DNA from: Candidatus Lustribacter sp.
GTDB taxonomy: Bacteria; Vulcanimicrobiota; Vulcanimicrobiia; Vulcanimicrobiales; Vulcanimicrobiaceae
Direction of reading: 5' to 3'
Assembly (NCBI GenBank): GCA_965277805.1
Contig: OZ255842.1
Location: 4,896,001 to 4,960,000 of the forward strand
Length of the DNA: 64,000 nt
Part shown: positions 45,069-53,606 of the stretch, in pieces
Layout: every line of letters begins with the position of its first letter
Numbering within the stretch: the first letter of the stretch is position 1
Made by a program: the position numbers and the translations under genes
The notes under the pieces: model-generated
The model's database searches: none
Told to the model about the DNA's origin: nothing
Seen by the model: only the letters and a program-made list of their open reading frames with translations

Positions 45069-45253
45069 CCGGTCGTCTGAGTCGGGCAGGCCTTCCTGAA
45101 AGTGCGCGCGTTCAAGCGCCTCAGCCGACGGCGTTGTGGCAACCGCGACCGGCTTTGGACGGGGCGTGGCGAACGTCCCGATCGTGCAGACCCACTGTGC
45201 CGATGGCACGGTGGCCGCGAGCAATACTACGGTCCAATTACGTTATTGAGCAT

Positions 45254-45347
45254 GGGAGCGTACGGGTCTGGTGGCCCGCGCAGTCTTCAAAACTGCTGAG
45301 GCCTCCGCAAGGGGGCTGGTAGGTTCGATTCCTACACGCTCCCGCCA
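45254..45347 (+). tRNA. selC: tRNA-Sec (anticodon TCA)
   Basis: 8-bp acceptor GGGAGCGT/ACGCTCCC + GCCA, anticodon arm GCAGT-CTTCAAA-ACTGC, long variable arm, GGTTCGATTCC T-loop; 94 nt. Confidence 0.97.
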
Positions 45348-45348
45348 G
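45324..45348 (+). repeat. att core, left copy (tRNA 3' end)
   Basis: TTCGATTCCTACACGCTCCCGCCAG, identical to 50440-50464. Confidence 0.92.
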
Positions 45349-45350
45349 AA

Positions 45351-46100
45351 TTAGGCACTGACTCGGAACAACTCGGAACGAATGCCGCTTTCAGCCCTTG
45401 TTTTCGCCGACAGCACGGCCGACTCAACGATCCGTTCTAGCCGGTTAGCAGCACCGTGCGGCATCGCCGGCGATACGTGCGCGTAGGTGTCGGCCGTAAC
45501 GGAGATCGTTGAGTGACCGAGCGCCTGCGAACGGTTTTCAGATTCTCGCCATTCTCCAGAGTTACGAGGCAAACGAATGGCGCAGGTCGGTGCAGGCGCA
45601 CTTTCGGCAGGCCAGCGTCGCGCGCGATCCGCGCAAATGCGAGGCCGAAGGTGTTTGGGTTCCAGGGCTGGCCCTCGCGCTCGAATACGAGTGTATTGCC
45701 GTTGGGTCGGTCAGCGCCGCAGGCTAGGAAACGCTCTCCTTGCGCGATTCGATGCCGCTGGAGACGCGACTACAAAGGGTGGAAGCGCGACCTGCGGCGA
45801 GACTGCTTCGTCTTGGGTTCCTTGAAGCGCAGTTCGTAGCGGACGCGCTTTGCGGTCTTAATCGTAATGCGTTCGAGCGATCGGGCAACGCGGAGCGTCC
45901 CCTTCTCCTAGTCAATGTCCGACCAGCGCAGCGCTAATAACTCGCCCCGCCGGCAACCACTACCGATTGCTGTCGCGATCGCTGCGCCTAGTTCCGTCTT
46001 ATCGAATGTGTCGAGGTACTGCCGGACCTGTTGCGGATCAAGGGACCGCATTTCCCCGCGTTCAGCGCGCGGCGGATCGACAAATTCGCATGGGTTGGGG
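45351..46100 (-). pseudogene. Tyrosine recombinase/integrase remnant
   Basis: NPCEFVDPP..GCRRGELLALRWSDID(TAG at 45908-45910)..PKTKQSRR..VRLH/DLRHSFAS..ALGHSTISVTADTYAHV, split by several frameshifts; N-terminus missing. Confidence 0.9.
45360..45381 (+). repeat. Putative integrase arm-type site, left
   Basis: GACTCGGAACAACTCGGAACGA, identical to 50302-50323; internal tandem ACTCGGAAC. Confidence 0.7.
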
Positions 46101-46173
46101 CAACTGCGCGTAGGCTAGCCCAAAGCCTCCAGTACCTCAACTGCCATTGGGGCAACGTCGAAGGGCAGGCGCG

Positions 46174-47091
46174 TTACGGTGTTTGATTCTGGTCGATAAG
46201 CCAAGCCGATTTCTCTTGCCGGCCACTGGTCATTTGCAAATCGAAGGTTTCGACGGCCCCTAAATTGGGTGAGCCGAACTGTCGCTCGGCTCTCGTCAGA
46301 AGCTCCCGGCCAAAGGGGCCGACGGCCGTGCTCTTGGCGTTGAAGAACTCGGACAACGCCTGAACCACGTGCTTTAAGCGGAACGGGCGTTCAGGCCAGT
46401 ACGGTGGGAACCAGCGCGCAAAGCTGAAAGGTACGCGCACAGTGTCGTCAAGGGCTATTCCGAAGTAGTCATGTAGCTCCGGCAGCGCGAGCTTGTTTGG
46501 GTGATCTACCAGCAAGAAGCCCACCGGCGGAAACTTGATAACGTGGCCGACGCCGCGCAGCTGCCGGAACTCCGGAGTCCCGACCGAATTCGGATCGAGA
46601 AAACGGAAATCGCGGGCCACCACGATTTCGGGATGCGGGTGGAACCAGCAGAAAAGATTCACATTCGCCGGCATAGGCGCGCCGCCGAAAACGTAGGCGC
46701 GAAGTTGCGGGTCAACGATCGGGTCGGCTTCTCCAAGGCGGGCGGCTACGAAATGACCGACGATTGAGCGCAAAGCTGCCCCCCGCATTGGAACAAGAAT
46801 GTCGGGCTTTTGGAGCAGTAACGCGGCCGCGTTTTGCGCCCGAACGGTATCGCAGAAGTCGGCGAGCGCGGGGTCGTACCGTCCGAGAAGCTCGTTACAT
46901 CGCTCGCACAGCGTCCAGTAGATTAGCCCGTTGCGGGCCTTTGCAGGCAGCGGAAAATTCGGATCAGCGATGAGCGGATTGACGAACAATGGGCCGCTAT
47001 TACCGCAACATTGCGGCGGTATATGATCCTTGGTCATTACGCGCTCTTGCTGGCAAAGATTGCACACACGAGTTCGGCGAACTTTTGGCAT
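46174..47091 (-). CDS. HNH-like (Zn-binding) endonuclease domain protein
   Basis: CNLC..DHIPP..LCERCNE at the N-terminus; uncharacterised C-terminal ~230 aa. Confidence 0.7.
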   Translation of the reverse strand: MPKVRRTRVCNLCQQERVMTKDHIPPQCCGNSGPLFVNPLIADPNFPLPAKARNGLIYWTLCERCNELLGRYDPALADFCDTVRAQNAAALLLQKPDILVPMRGAALRSIVGHFVAARLGEADPIVDPQLRAYVFGGAPMPANVNLFCWFHPHPEIVVARDFRFLDPNSVGTPEFRQLRGVGHVIKFPPVGFLLVDHPNKLALPELHDYFGIALDDTVRVPFSFARWFPPYWPERPFRLKHVVQALSEFFNAKSTAVGPFGRELLTRAERQFGSPNLGAVETFDLQMTSGRQEKSAWLIDQNQTP

Positions 47092-47213
47092 TTTGCTCGA
47101 CCTGCACTTAGTCTATATTGCTAATTCGCAATGTTATTTGCTGAGTCTTGCGGATGCTGCATCGCACTGGTACGCTAAAGCTAGCATAGTCTTAAAAGAC
47201 TGGAGTGACACCA

Positions 47214-47411
47214 ATGGCTACGGTCATCGACTTGCTCAAATACCTTGAGAAGCGGGAACCCGCCGCGGGCCTGGCTCTGCGGGCGGCCGTACTTGCGCGC
47301 GAGTTCCAGGACGTTACCGGCCAGCAAAATGCCGAAGCAATGCGATTGGGTAAGTCGGGTAGAGAAGGGCGCGCAATCCACCGCGACCTCCTCGAGGTGC
47401 GGGGACGATGA
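47214..47411 (+). CDS. Small island-encoded hypothetical protein
   Basis: GGAG RBS; ATGA coupling to the excisionase-like gene. Confidence 0.55.
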   Translation: MATVIDLLKYLEKREPAAGLALRAAVLAREFQDVTGQQNAEAMRLGKSGREGRAIHRDLLEVRGR

Positions 47412-47608
47412 CGTTGAACGATCGTCGGGCCCTAGTCGCCGAAGGAGTGCTCGACGTTCGATCCGCCGCCGCATTTCTTGGCATATCTCGTAGCCGGCTT
47501 TACGAGATTATGGGCAGTCGGCTTCTGCCGTATGTCAAGATAGGGCGGCGCGTTTTGATCCCCAGGCGTGCTGCAATCGAATTCTTGGCCCGCCGGGTCG
47601 TCGGATAA
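47408..47608 (+). CDS. Excisionase-like helix-turn-helix protein (HTH_17)
   Basis: LDVRSAAAFLGISRSRLYE..LPYVKIGRRVLI. Confidence 0.85.
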   Translation: MTLNDRRALVAEGVLDVRSAAAFLGISRSRLYEIMGSRLLPYVKIGRRVLIPRRAAIEFLARRVVG

Positions 47609-47622
47609 GTTTGGCGTCGATC

Positions 47623-48387
47623 CTACACAGGATCAAGTTCAGCCGATTCAACGATTCGCAGCAAATGAAGCGCGCTTATGATAATCTCAAGAGCGTCCTG
47701 CGGATCGTCCACATGCGGCGCCTCGTGCACCGCCCTGTTTCGGTACATTCCAAACAGGCCGCGAAACAAGTGTTCCTCATCGGCGAGGTCGCCCTTCCGA
47801 TCTTTGCGCTGCCTGCGCGTACCTGATATCGCCTTAAAGAAGTTCGTAATGAGTACCTGGCCAGAAACGTGCGACGAGAGATTCGCACGTTCGCGCATGC
47901 GCACTTCGACGGCCTTGAACGCGCCCGCAATCGCAAGGTCAAAGTCTCCAGCAACAAGCGGGGGCACGATACGGGACCGCGACGCGACAGGAATCAAGTC
48001 AACCGCTCGCATTGCGAGGGCAATTCCGCCGGCACCATTTGCTGATGCTGCCGCAACCTGCTCGCCGAGACGAGTTGCGACCATTGGCCCACGCGGATTC
48101 GACCCGCCGCCGCGGGAGTGATATTCGGCAATAAGCCCGTGGGCGGTGAGCCAAGCGATGGCATCACCAGCAGCGGCCCGTACAGCCGGAATTTCGACGC
48201 TTTCGGAGGCTACTAGGTCAGTTAGCGCGGTAATTGGCCGCCACTGGGGCTGACGATCCGGGCGAGTCCAGGCGTCACGCGACCCATTGAGCGACACTAT
48301 TTCCCGCAGAATGGCAATGCCCAAGTCCGAAGAGTCTGCTTGCAGCACGGCATCAGCGCTTGGGAAACGCTCGCGGATAATTCCCAT
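47623..48387 (-). CDS. TIGR02391 (Ymh)-like protein with HEPN motif
   Basis: AI..AFKAVEVRMR, LFRGLFGMYRNRAVHE (RxxxxH), ALEIIISALHLLRIV; start taken at MGIIRE. Confidence 0.75.
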   Translation of the reverse strand: MGIIRERFPSADAVLQADSSDLGIAILREIVSLNGSRDAWTRPDRQPQWRPITALTDLVASESVEIPAVRAAAGDAIAWLTAHGLIAEYHSRGGGSNPRGPMVATRLGEQVAAASANGAGGIALAMRAVDLIPVASRSRIVPPLVAGDFDLAIAGAFKAVEVRMRERANLSSHVSGQVLITNFFKAISGTRRQRKDRKGDLADEEHLFRGLFGMYRNRAVHEAPHVDDPQDALEIIISALHLLRIVESAELDPV

Positions 48388-48424
48388 GTTTAGTTGAAGC
48401 GCCGTTCGGCGCAGTTTTTTTGTG

Positions 48425-48976
48425 TCACTTTTCCATCGAGGAAACGACGTGGCCACAATCTTCGCCGTTTGCCGTCGCACATCGCACAAACCTAGAAACA
48501 TCGACGTTGCTCATTCGCGGGCTGTCGCCAATAGCGGCGTCCAGGTTTGCGACGGTTAGTGCGAAGGACCGGCCCGCTAGAACGGGCTCCGCAGCATGTA
48601 GCGCGCCGCCAATAGTGGCGGTATATGTAAGCGTCAAGCGCTTACCGTTTCGCCGCACCATTTCTTTCAACGCCGTTCGCTGCTCCACTGGCACCCGTTC
48701 CAAATCTCTGCTCCAATCATAACAAAACTGGTCGTAGCAGTGCTCTCCCAGCGCACTTATCATCAATTCGGCGAACGCCGTTCGGGCAGTCTCGTAGCCG
48801 GAGTAAAACCCTACGGACATCCCCTGCACAGCCGCGACCTTTTGGACGTACGTCTGCGTCCGCCACCAGGTGCCGTCAAGTATGACGAGTGTTTTCTCGG
48901 TTGCTTCGGCGATAGCGACACCACCTATGAAAGCGACGCCAGAGATCAGTGCGGTGATCCGTCTAGATATCGTCAT
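48425..48976 (-). CDS. Secreted hypothetical protein
   Basis: N-terminal signal peptide, LDGTWW motif, Cys pairs. Confidence 0.6.
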   Translation of the reverse strand: MTISRRITALISGVAFIGGVAIAEATEKTLVILDGTWWRTQTYVQKVAAVQGMSVGFYSGYETARTAFAELMISALGEHCYDQFCYDWSRDLERVPVEQRTALKEMVRRNGKRLTLTYTATIGGALHAAEPVLAGRSFALTVANLDAAIGDSPRMSNVDVSRFVRCATANGEDCGHVVSSMEK

Positions 48977-49268
48977 TGCCCGTTCCTCGTATCGCGATCA
49001 CCGGCAGCGTCGGCCTCTTTCTTGCAAACATATGCGCCGTGCTTCGTGCGCCCATACCAGCGCATGCCCTTTTCGTGATAGATGCCGCTTGCCGTATTAA
49101 GCCAACCACGACATCGCGCGGACAGTGCTTCTGTGCAGCAATTTCCGTATCGAACGTCGCTGGCGTTGTGACGACGGCGACGTTAGCTGACGCCGCGAAC
49201 GCGGTTGCCCCAAGGCCGATATATACGGCCAAAATCACGGAGACAATGAAAGCCTGGACGGTCCGCAT
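48973..49268 (-). pseudogene. Frameshifted small secreted Cys-containing protein
   Basis: AAQKHCPRDVVV continues in another frame as WLNTASGIYHEKGMRWYGRTKHGAYVCKKEADAAGDRDTRNGQ, consistent with a 1-nt deletion near 49104. Confidence 0.7.
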
Positions 49269-49408
49269 GCGTTAACCCCGGGATTGCTTCGCGGTCCTTC
49301 TCTCTCGCAAGCCTTCGGGCCGTCCGAACGTCACGTCCAGTTCGTACCTAGCGGCGCCATTAGAATTAGGGTAGAGGGCTCGGACCAGGGCAATACAAAG
49401 GCCGCCGC

Positions 49409-50137
49409 ATGGAGCCTGGATTTATCACAGCGCTAGCGCCGTTCGTCCTCGCGTGCGCCTTAGCAATGGCTGCAGTTAGGTGGTCCGACAACGCACGCGC
49501 AAAGCATCTATGCGGTATCGGCGCGGTCGCTTGCGTGTTCCTGACCGCTGCACTCGCCGGATCAGGTATACTCGGGCTCGTGGGGATGAATGTCGTGCAG
49601 CGCATCTGCATCTGCATGGGAATTGCGCTTTTGGCGTTCGGCTTGCTCTATCCGACGATCGAGAGACGCGCCGGCCTTCGAGAGCGAACCACGATGCCCA
49701 CTAAGGTTATGCCGATTCGATTTCTCGCTTCTCAAATCGTCGGCCGACGTGGCGACAAAGACGAGTACCTTCTCGCCGCCCGGCTCCATATTTTTAACGA
49801 CGGGGAAGATGGCGAGGTACAGTTCTCGGCGGCGGAGATGCTCGGACTGTCAGTAAACGACGACGTGAAGCGTGCAGAAAACATCGTTCAAACGCGCGCA
49901 TTAGCAGAGCATTCGACGGACCCAATTGGGAAGTATCGCTTGCAGAGAGGACCGGCTATATTTGAAACGCCACCCCTCACTGTTTCGAAAGAAGAATTCG
50001 AACTCTACTTCGCTGGCAAACGCACGTTCTATTTCGCCGGTAAAATGATCGTGACGACACCCGGCGACACATGGAAGCTGCCTATTTGTGGCTATTCTCC
50101 AGGCGATCCGGCCGTGGTATTGCAGTGCCCAGATTAG
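49409..50137 (+). CDS. Membrane-anchored hypothetical protein (3 N-terminal TMs + soluble beta-rich domain)
   Basis: 242-aa ORF with hydrophobic N-terminus. Confidence 0.6.
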   Translation: MEPGFITALAPFVLACALAMAAVRWSDNARAKHLCGIGAVACVFLTAALAGSGILGLVGMNVVQRICICMGIALLAFGLLYPTIERRAGLRERTTMPTKVMPIRFLASQIVGRRGDKDEYLLAARLHIFNDGEDGEVQFSAAEMLGLSVNDDVKRAENIVQTRALAEHSTDPIGKYRLQRGPAIFETPPLTVSKEEFELYFAGKRTFYFAGKMIVTTPGDTWKLPICGYSPGDPAVVLQCPD

Positions 50138-50301
50138 ACGCAAGCGTCACTGTGATTTTCTAAAAATTTGGTCGGACGCGAGTCTGGGCAGTCCCTCCTT
50201 AGCCCCTAGCTCCGTCGCTGAGACGTTGCCTTGACACCCTGGCCCCCGGGGCTGGCATATCGCGGGCCAGGGGCCGGGGGCGACTTTCCGGGCATTTTTC
50301 C

Positions 50302-50323
50302 GACTCGGAACAACTCGGAACGA
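50302..50323 (+). repeat. Putative integrase arm-type site, right
   Basis: Identical to 45360-45381. Confidence 0.7.
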
Positions 50324-50439
50324 TCGAACGCAACGAAACGACCCGACTCGCATTGAGCCGGGTCATATCGAATAGGTTTTACACGTGAACGGGAATGAGT
50401 TAATAACAGTCAGAGTCAGTCAAAATGACCGTTTAGAGA

Positions 50440-50464
50440 TTCGATTCCTACACGCTCCCGCCAG
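50440..50464 (+). repeat. att core, right copy
   Basis: Duplicate of the tRNA-Sec 3' end. Confidence 0.92.
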
Positions 50465-50529
50465 CACTCGTCAAGCGTTATCAAACGCAGGCAGACACGG
50501 CGTCTTCGCGTGACGCGCGCCCGAAATGG

Positions 50530-50799
50530 TCACGGATCGGTCACGAGGAGCGGCTTTTCAGTAGCCCGCCGATCGCCAAGCCGCTTTCTGAAACGCTTCA
50601 CGTCATTGCCGCAGCGCATGCAGGTTGCGGCCCGCTTATCCCTGACGATGTGCACGCCGCATAGCGCCGCCGCGCACGTTTCGCAACGCCAAGCGGGAAT
50701 CGACCGGCAAAATTTCGGGTTAGTGCTGACATGGGCGCAGTGTGACGTCCGGCGACGACGTTCGCGCGTTCTGAGCTGGATGTTCATGGGCGCGCTCAT
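50530..50799 (-). CDS. Small Cys/His-rich zinc-finger-like protein
   Basis: C..C, CETC, CGVH and CMRC motifs; GGGAG RBS. Confidence 0.6.
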   Translation of the reverse strand: MSAPMNIQLRTRERRRRTSHCAHVSTNPKFCRSIPAWRCETCAAALCGVHIVRDKRAATCMRCGNDVKRFRKRLGDRRATEKPLLVTDP

Positions 50800-51077
50800 C
50801 TTACTCCCTTAGCGGTTAAACTAGCGTTAACTTTGCCTTATATGTGCAGTTAAGCTGGACCCCCGCATGCGATGGATTACCCTTTAGTCGGCGGAGACGG
50901 CTCCTGCACGCTTCCGCCAATACATCGCTATGCCTCGGCGCGAGTCATGGTTCAAGGACGAAGCGGTGTTGCGTTGGGACCACAATCCAGAGTGCGAGCA
51001 AGATCAGCCGGCCGGATAGTCCGATGATCATCATCGTCAGATGGAAGACGCGGCTTCGAGCTCGAAGCGCTCGCCGT

Positions 51078-52046
51078 ATGCTGAAGCGTGGACGTCTCTT
51101 GCAGGCCGCTCGCTGGGGCGTTGCAATTGCGACCATATTTGCGCTCGCTTCGACTTTGTCGCGTGCGCAGATCCTCACGGTCATCCGTGCGGCTGCGATC
51201 GCCGACGATGATGCTGCCACGATTCTGTATGCTCAACGTTCGGGCGCATTTCGGCGAGCCGGCCTCGATGTTCAATTTCAGGCACTATCCGGCGGATCGG
51301 CCATCGCTGCAGCGGTGATCGGCGGAGCCGTGGACGTCGGCAAATCGGGCACCGTGACGCTGGTCAACGCACACGATCGCAACGTGCCGGTCACCATCGT
51401 TGCGCCGGCCTCGATCTACGACACCAAGGACTCCCTGTCCGAACTCGTTGTCGCCACCGATTCGCCCGTTCACTCGGCCAAAGACCTCAATGGCCGCACC
51501 GTCGCCGTCGGCTCGCTCAAGGGACTCGAGCAGATCTGTATCTCCGGCTGGGTCGACAACAACGGCGGCGACTCCAAAACGCTGCATTTCCTCGACATGC
51601 CGCTCAACGCGATGCGCGCGGCACTGGAGACGCACCGAGTCGAGACGGCGATGATGACGGATCCGGCCCTTGCCGAGGAGCTCGCGAGCGGAAAAGTGCG
51701 CATTCTCGGTCATGCGACCGATGGCATCGCGCCGCACTTTCTCGGCACGGCGTGGTTCGCGTCTACCGACTGGGCGCGTGCCCATTCCGCCGCAGTCACC
51801 GCATTTTCACGGGTCATGCGCGAGACCTCGATCTACGTGAACGCGCACCCGGCGGACACCGTGCCCATCATCGCGGACCTCACGGGAGTTTCAGCCGACC
51901 GAATTGCAAATATGCCGCGTAATGCCGGCGGGAGCGTCCTCAATGCGAGTGACCTGCAGCCCGTCATCAATGCCGCCGCTAAATATGGGACGATCAGCAA
52001 AGTCTTTCCGGCATCCGAGCTGATTTTCGCGGCAGGCGTGCACTAA
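51078..52046 (+). CDS. ABC transporter substrate-binding protein (NMT1/SsuA-like)
   Basis: GAFRRAGLDV, SPVHSAKDLNGRTVA; paralogue of 42741-43685. Confidence 0.85.
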   Translation: MLKRGRLLQAARWGVAIATIFALASTLSRAQILTVIRAAAIADDDAATILYAQRSGAFRRAGLDVQFQALSGGSAIAAAVIGGAVDVGKSGTVTLVNAHDRNVPVTIVAPASIYDTKDSLSELVVATDSPVHSAKDLNGRTVAVGSLKGLEQICISGWVDNNGGDSKTLHFLDMPLNAMRAALETHRVETAMMTDPALAEELASGKVRILGHATDGIAPHFLGTAWFASTDWARAHSAAVTAFSRVMRETSIYVNAHPADTVPIIADLTGVSADRIANMPRNAGGSVLNASDLQPVINAAAKYGTISKVFPASELIFAAGVH

Positions 52047-53158
52047 TGGCCGTCATTTCCCGGCTGCTCGTCACGGCCGCAGCAATCGCCTTGCTTGCCG
52101 CGTCGCCTGCGAAGCCCCTAGTACTGGCGCAAGATACATATTTCTTCGTCGGTGGTCAGTACGTGAAGACGCCTGACGGGGACGTCATGGATGGGCAGAT
52201 GTACGTCCACGCGCTGATCCCGTGGAAGGTGACACATCGCTACGGTATCGTGTTCGTCACGGGCCGAAATTCGACCGGGACCTACTACGAGGGTACGCCG
52301 GATGGCCGTGAAGGCTGGGCGCAATTCTTCGTGCGTCGCGGGTACCGGGTTTACGTCACCGATCAGCCGGCGCGCGGCCGCTCTGTCTATCACCCCGATC
52401 TCGACGGCAAGCTCGCCGGTGGCCGCGCCGTGACTGCACAATCGATGGAACGCACGAAGACCGATCAGCAAGATCTCAACCCCACGGCGCTCACCAAACT
52501 TCACACGCAATGGCCAGGCAGGGGCGTCGAGGGCGATCCAACGTTCGATCAATTCTACGCCTCCATCGTTGAGTCGGTTCCGAGTTCGAGCGATTGGACC
52601 GAGATCCACGAGCGTGCAGCTTCCGCGGCATTGCTCGACCGTATCGGGCCTGCGATCCTCATCACGCACTCTCAAGGCGGCGCCCTCGGGTGGCAAATCG
52701 CGGATGCGCGGCCGAAACTCGTCAAAGCGGTGATTGCGGTTGAACCGGCGCTGAGTCCGACGGTGACGACGACCAGCGAAGAAGCGCCTTATTACGGCAT
52801 CACGATGACGCCGATTACGTACGATCCGCCGGTGAGCGATCCGTCCCAGATCGTGCATGTGCCCCAGTCGGCTCCCGATCGCCCGGACGTGCTCGCGTGT
52901 TGGCTGCAAGCGCCGCCGGTGCGCACGCTGCCGACGCTGAAGGGCATTGCGATTCTTGTCGTTGCATCACAAGCGTCGACGCAAAGTCCGGATCACTACT
53001 GCGTTTCGCGTTATCTCACGCAGGCGGGCGTCCCGAATCAATATGTCTCACTCCCAAGCGTCGGCATCACGGGAAATGCGCACATGATGATGCTCGAGAA
53101 AAATAGCGATCGGATCGCAGCCTTTTTCGCCCGTTGGCTCGCGGCGAGGCACTTCTAA
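52046..53158 (+). CDS. Secreted alpha/beta hydrolase
   Basis: Signal peptide, TPDGREGWA, THSQGG nucleophile elbow, GNAHMMMLE; TAATG coupling. Confidence 0.85.
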   Translation: MAVISRLLVTAAAIALLAASPAKPLVLAQDTYFFVGGQYVKTPDGDVMDGQMYVHALIPWKVTHRYGIVFVTGRNSTGTYYEGTPDGREGWAQFFVRRGYRVYVTDQPARGRSVYHPDLDGKLAGGRAVTAQSMERTKTDQQDLNPTALTKLHTQWPGRGVEGDPTFDQFYASIVESVPSSSDWTEIHERAASAALLDRIGPAILITHSQGGALGWQIADARPKLVKAVIAVEPALSPTVTTTSEEAPYYGITMTPITYDPPVSDPSQIVHVPQSAPDRPDVLACWLQAPPVRTLPTLKGIAILVVASQASTQSPDHYCVSRYLTQAGVPNQYVSLPSVGITGNAHMMMLEKNSDRIAAFFARWLAARHF

Positions 53159-53315
53159 CAGCAAGCAGAAGAGCGCCGGCTAGCGTCGCATCGGCATCAA
53201 TCGCAAGCGAGGGCATCGTCGAGCGACCTATAATGCGAGCGGCACGCAAGGACGAGCAAACGTTTACTTTGCGTAATGGTATCCCAGATGCGATTCATGT
53301 ACCACGTCACGGTGA

Positions 53316-53552
53316 ATGATGGTCCTCATGATTCGATGGGTAAAAGCACAGACGGGACGCGCTCACCTCGACCTGGGTCAACGTTCGAGTGAAAGCTTAC
53401 GAGTACGAGCCAAACATGTGATCGTCACCGCCTGCCGCGCACACGTCAACGGCGACTCCGTTGAGGCCCTGCTGAGCGACGGCACGATCTGCTCGAATTG
53501 CCTGCGGATCTACCGCTCATTGTCGTGCGAACCGGAAGAGCTGAGCGCGTAA
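53316..53552 (+). CDS. Small hypothetical protein with TAC / CSNC motifs
   Basis: 78-aa ORF with H..TAC..CxxC, a possible Zn site. Confidence 0.45.
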   Translation: MMVLMIRWVKAQTGRAHLDLGQRSSESLRVRAKHVIVTACRAHVNGDSVEALLSDGTICSNCLRIYRSLSCEPEELSA

Positions 53553-53606
53553 CCGCCGCTCAGACAAGGGTCTATTAACCGTAGCGCGCCTACATTTCAG
53601 TTGATA

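Larger units (their letters stand above)
45324..50464. mobile_element. Degenerate ~5.1 kb integrative island in tRNA-Sec
   Basis: 25-bp direct repeats, integrase remnant next to the tRNA, excisionase-like gene, visibly lower GC and non-host codon usage. Confidence 0.9.

Noticed and set aside
50440..50464. Second tRNA gene
   Set aside because: Only the 3' 25 nt are present; it is the att duplication
50844..51077. N-terminal extension of the SBP in the ORF track (similar extensions for comEA, tsaB, korB, the permease and the arylformamidase)
   Set aside because: The extensions overlap other genes or lack coding character; downstream starts match family N-termini
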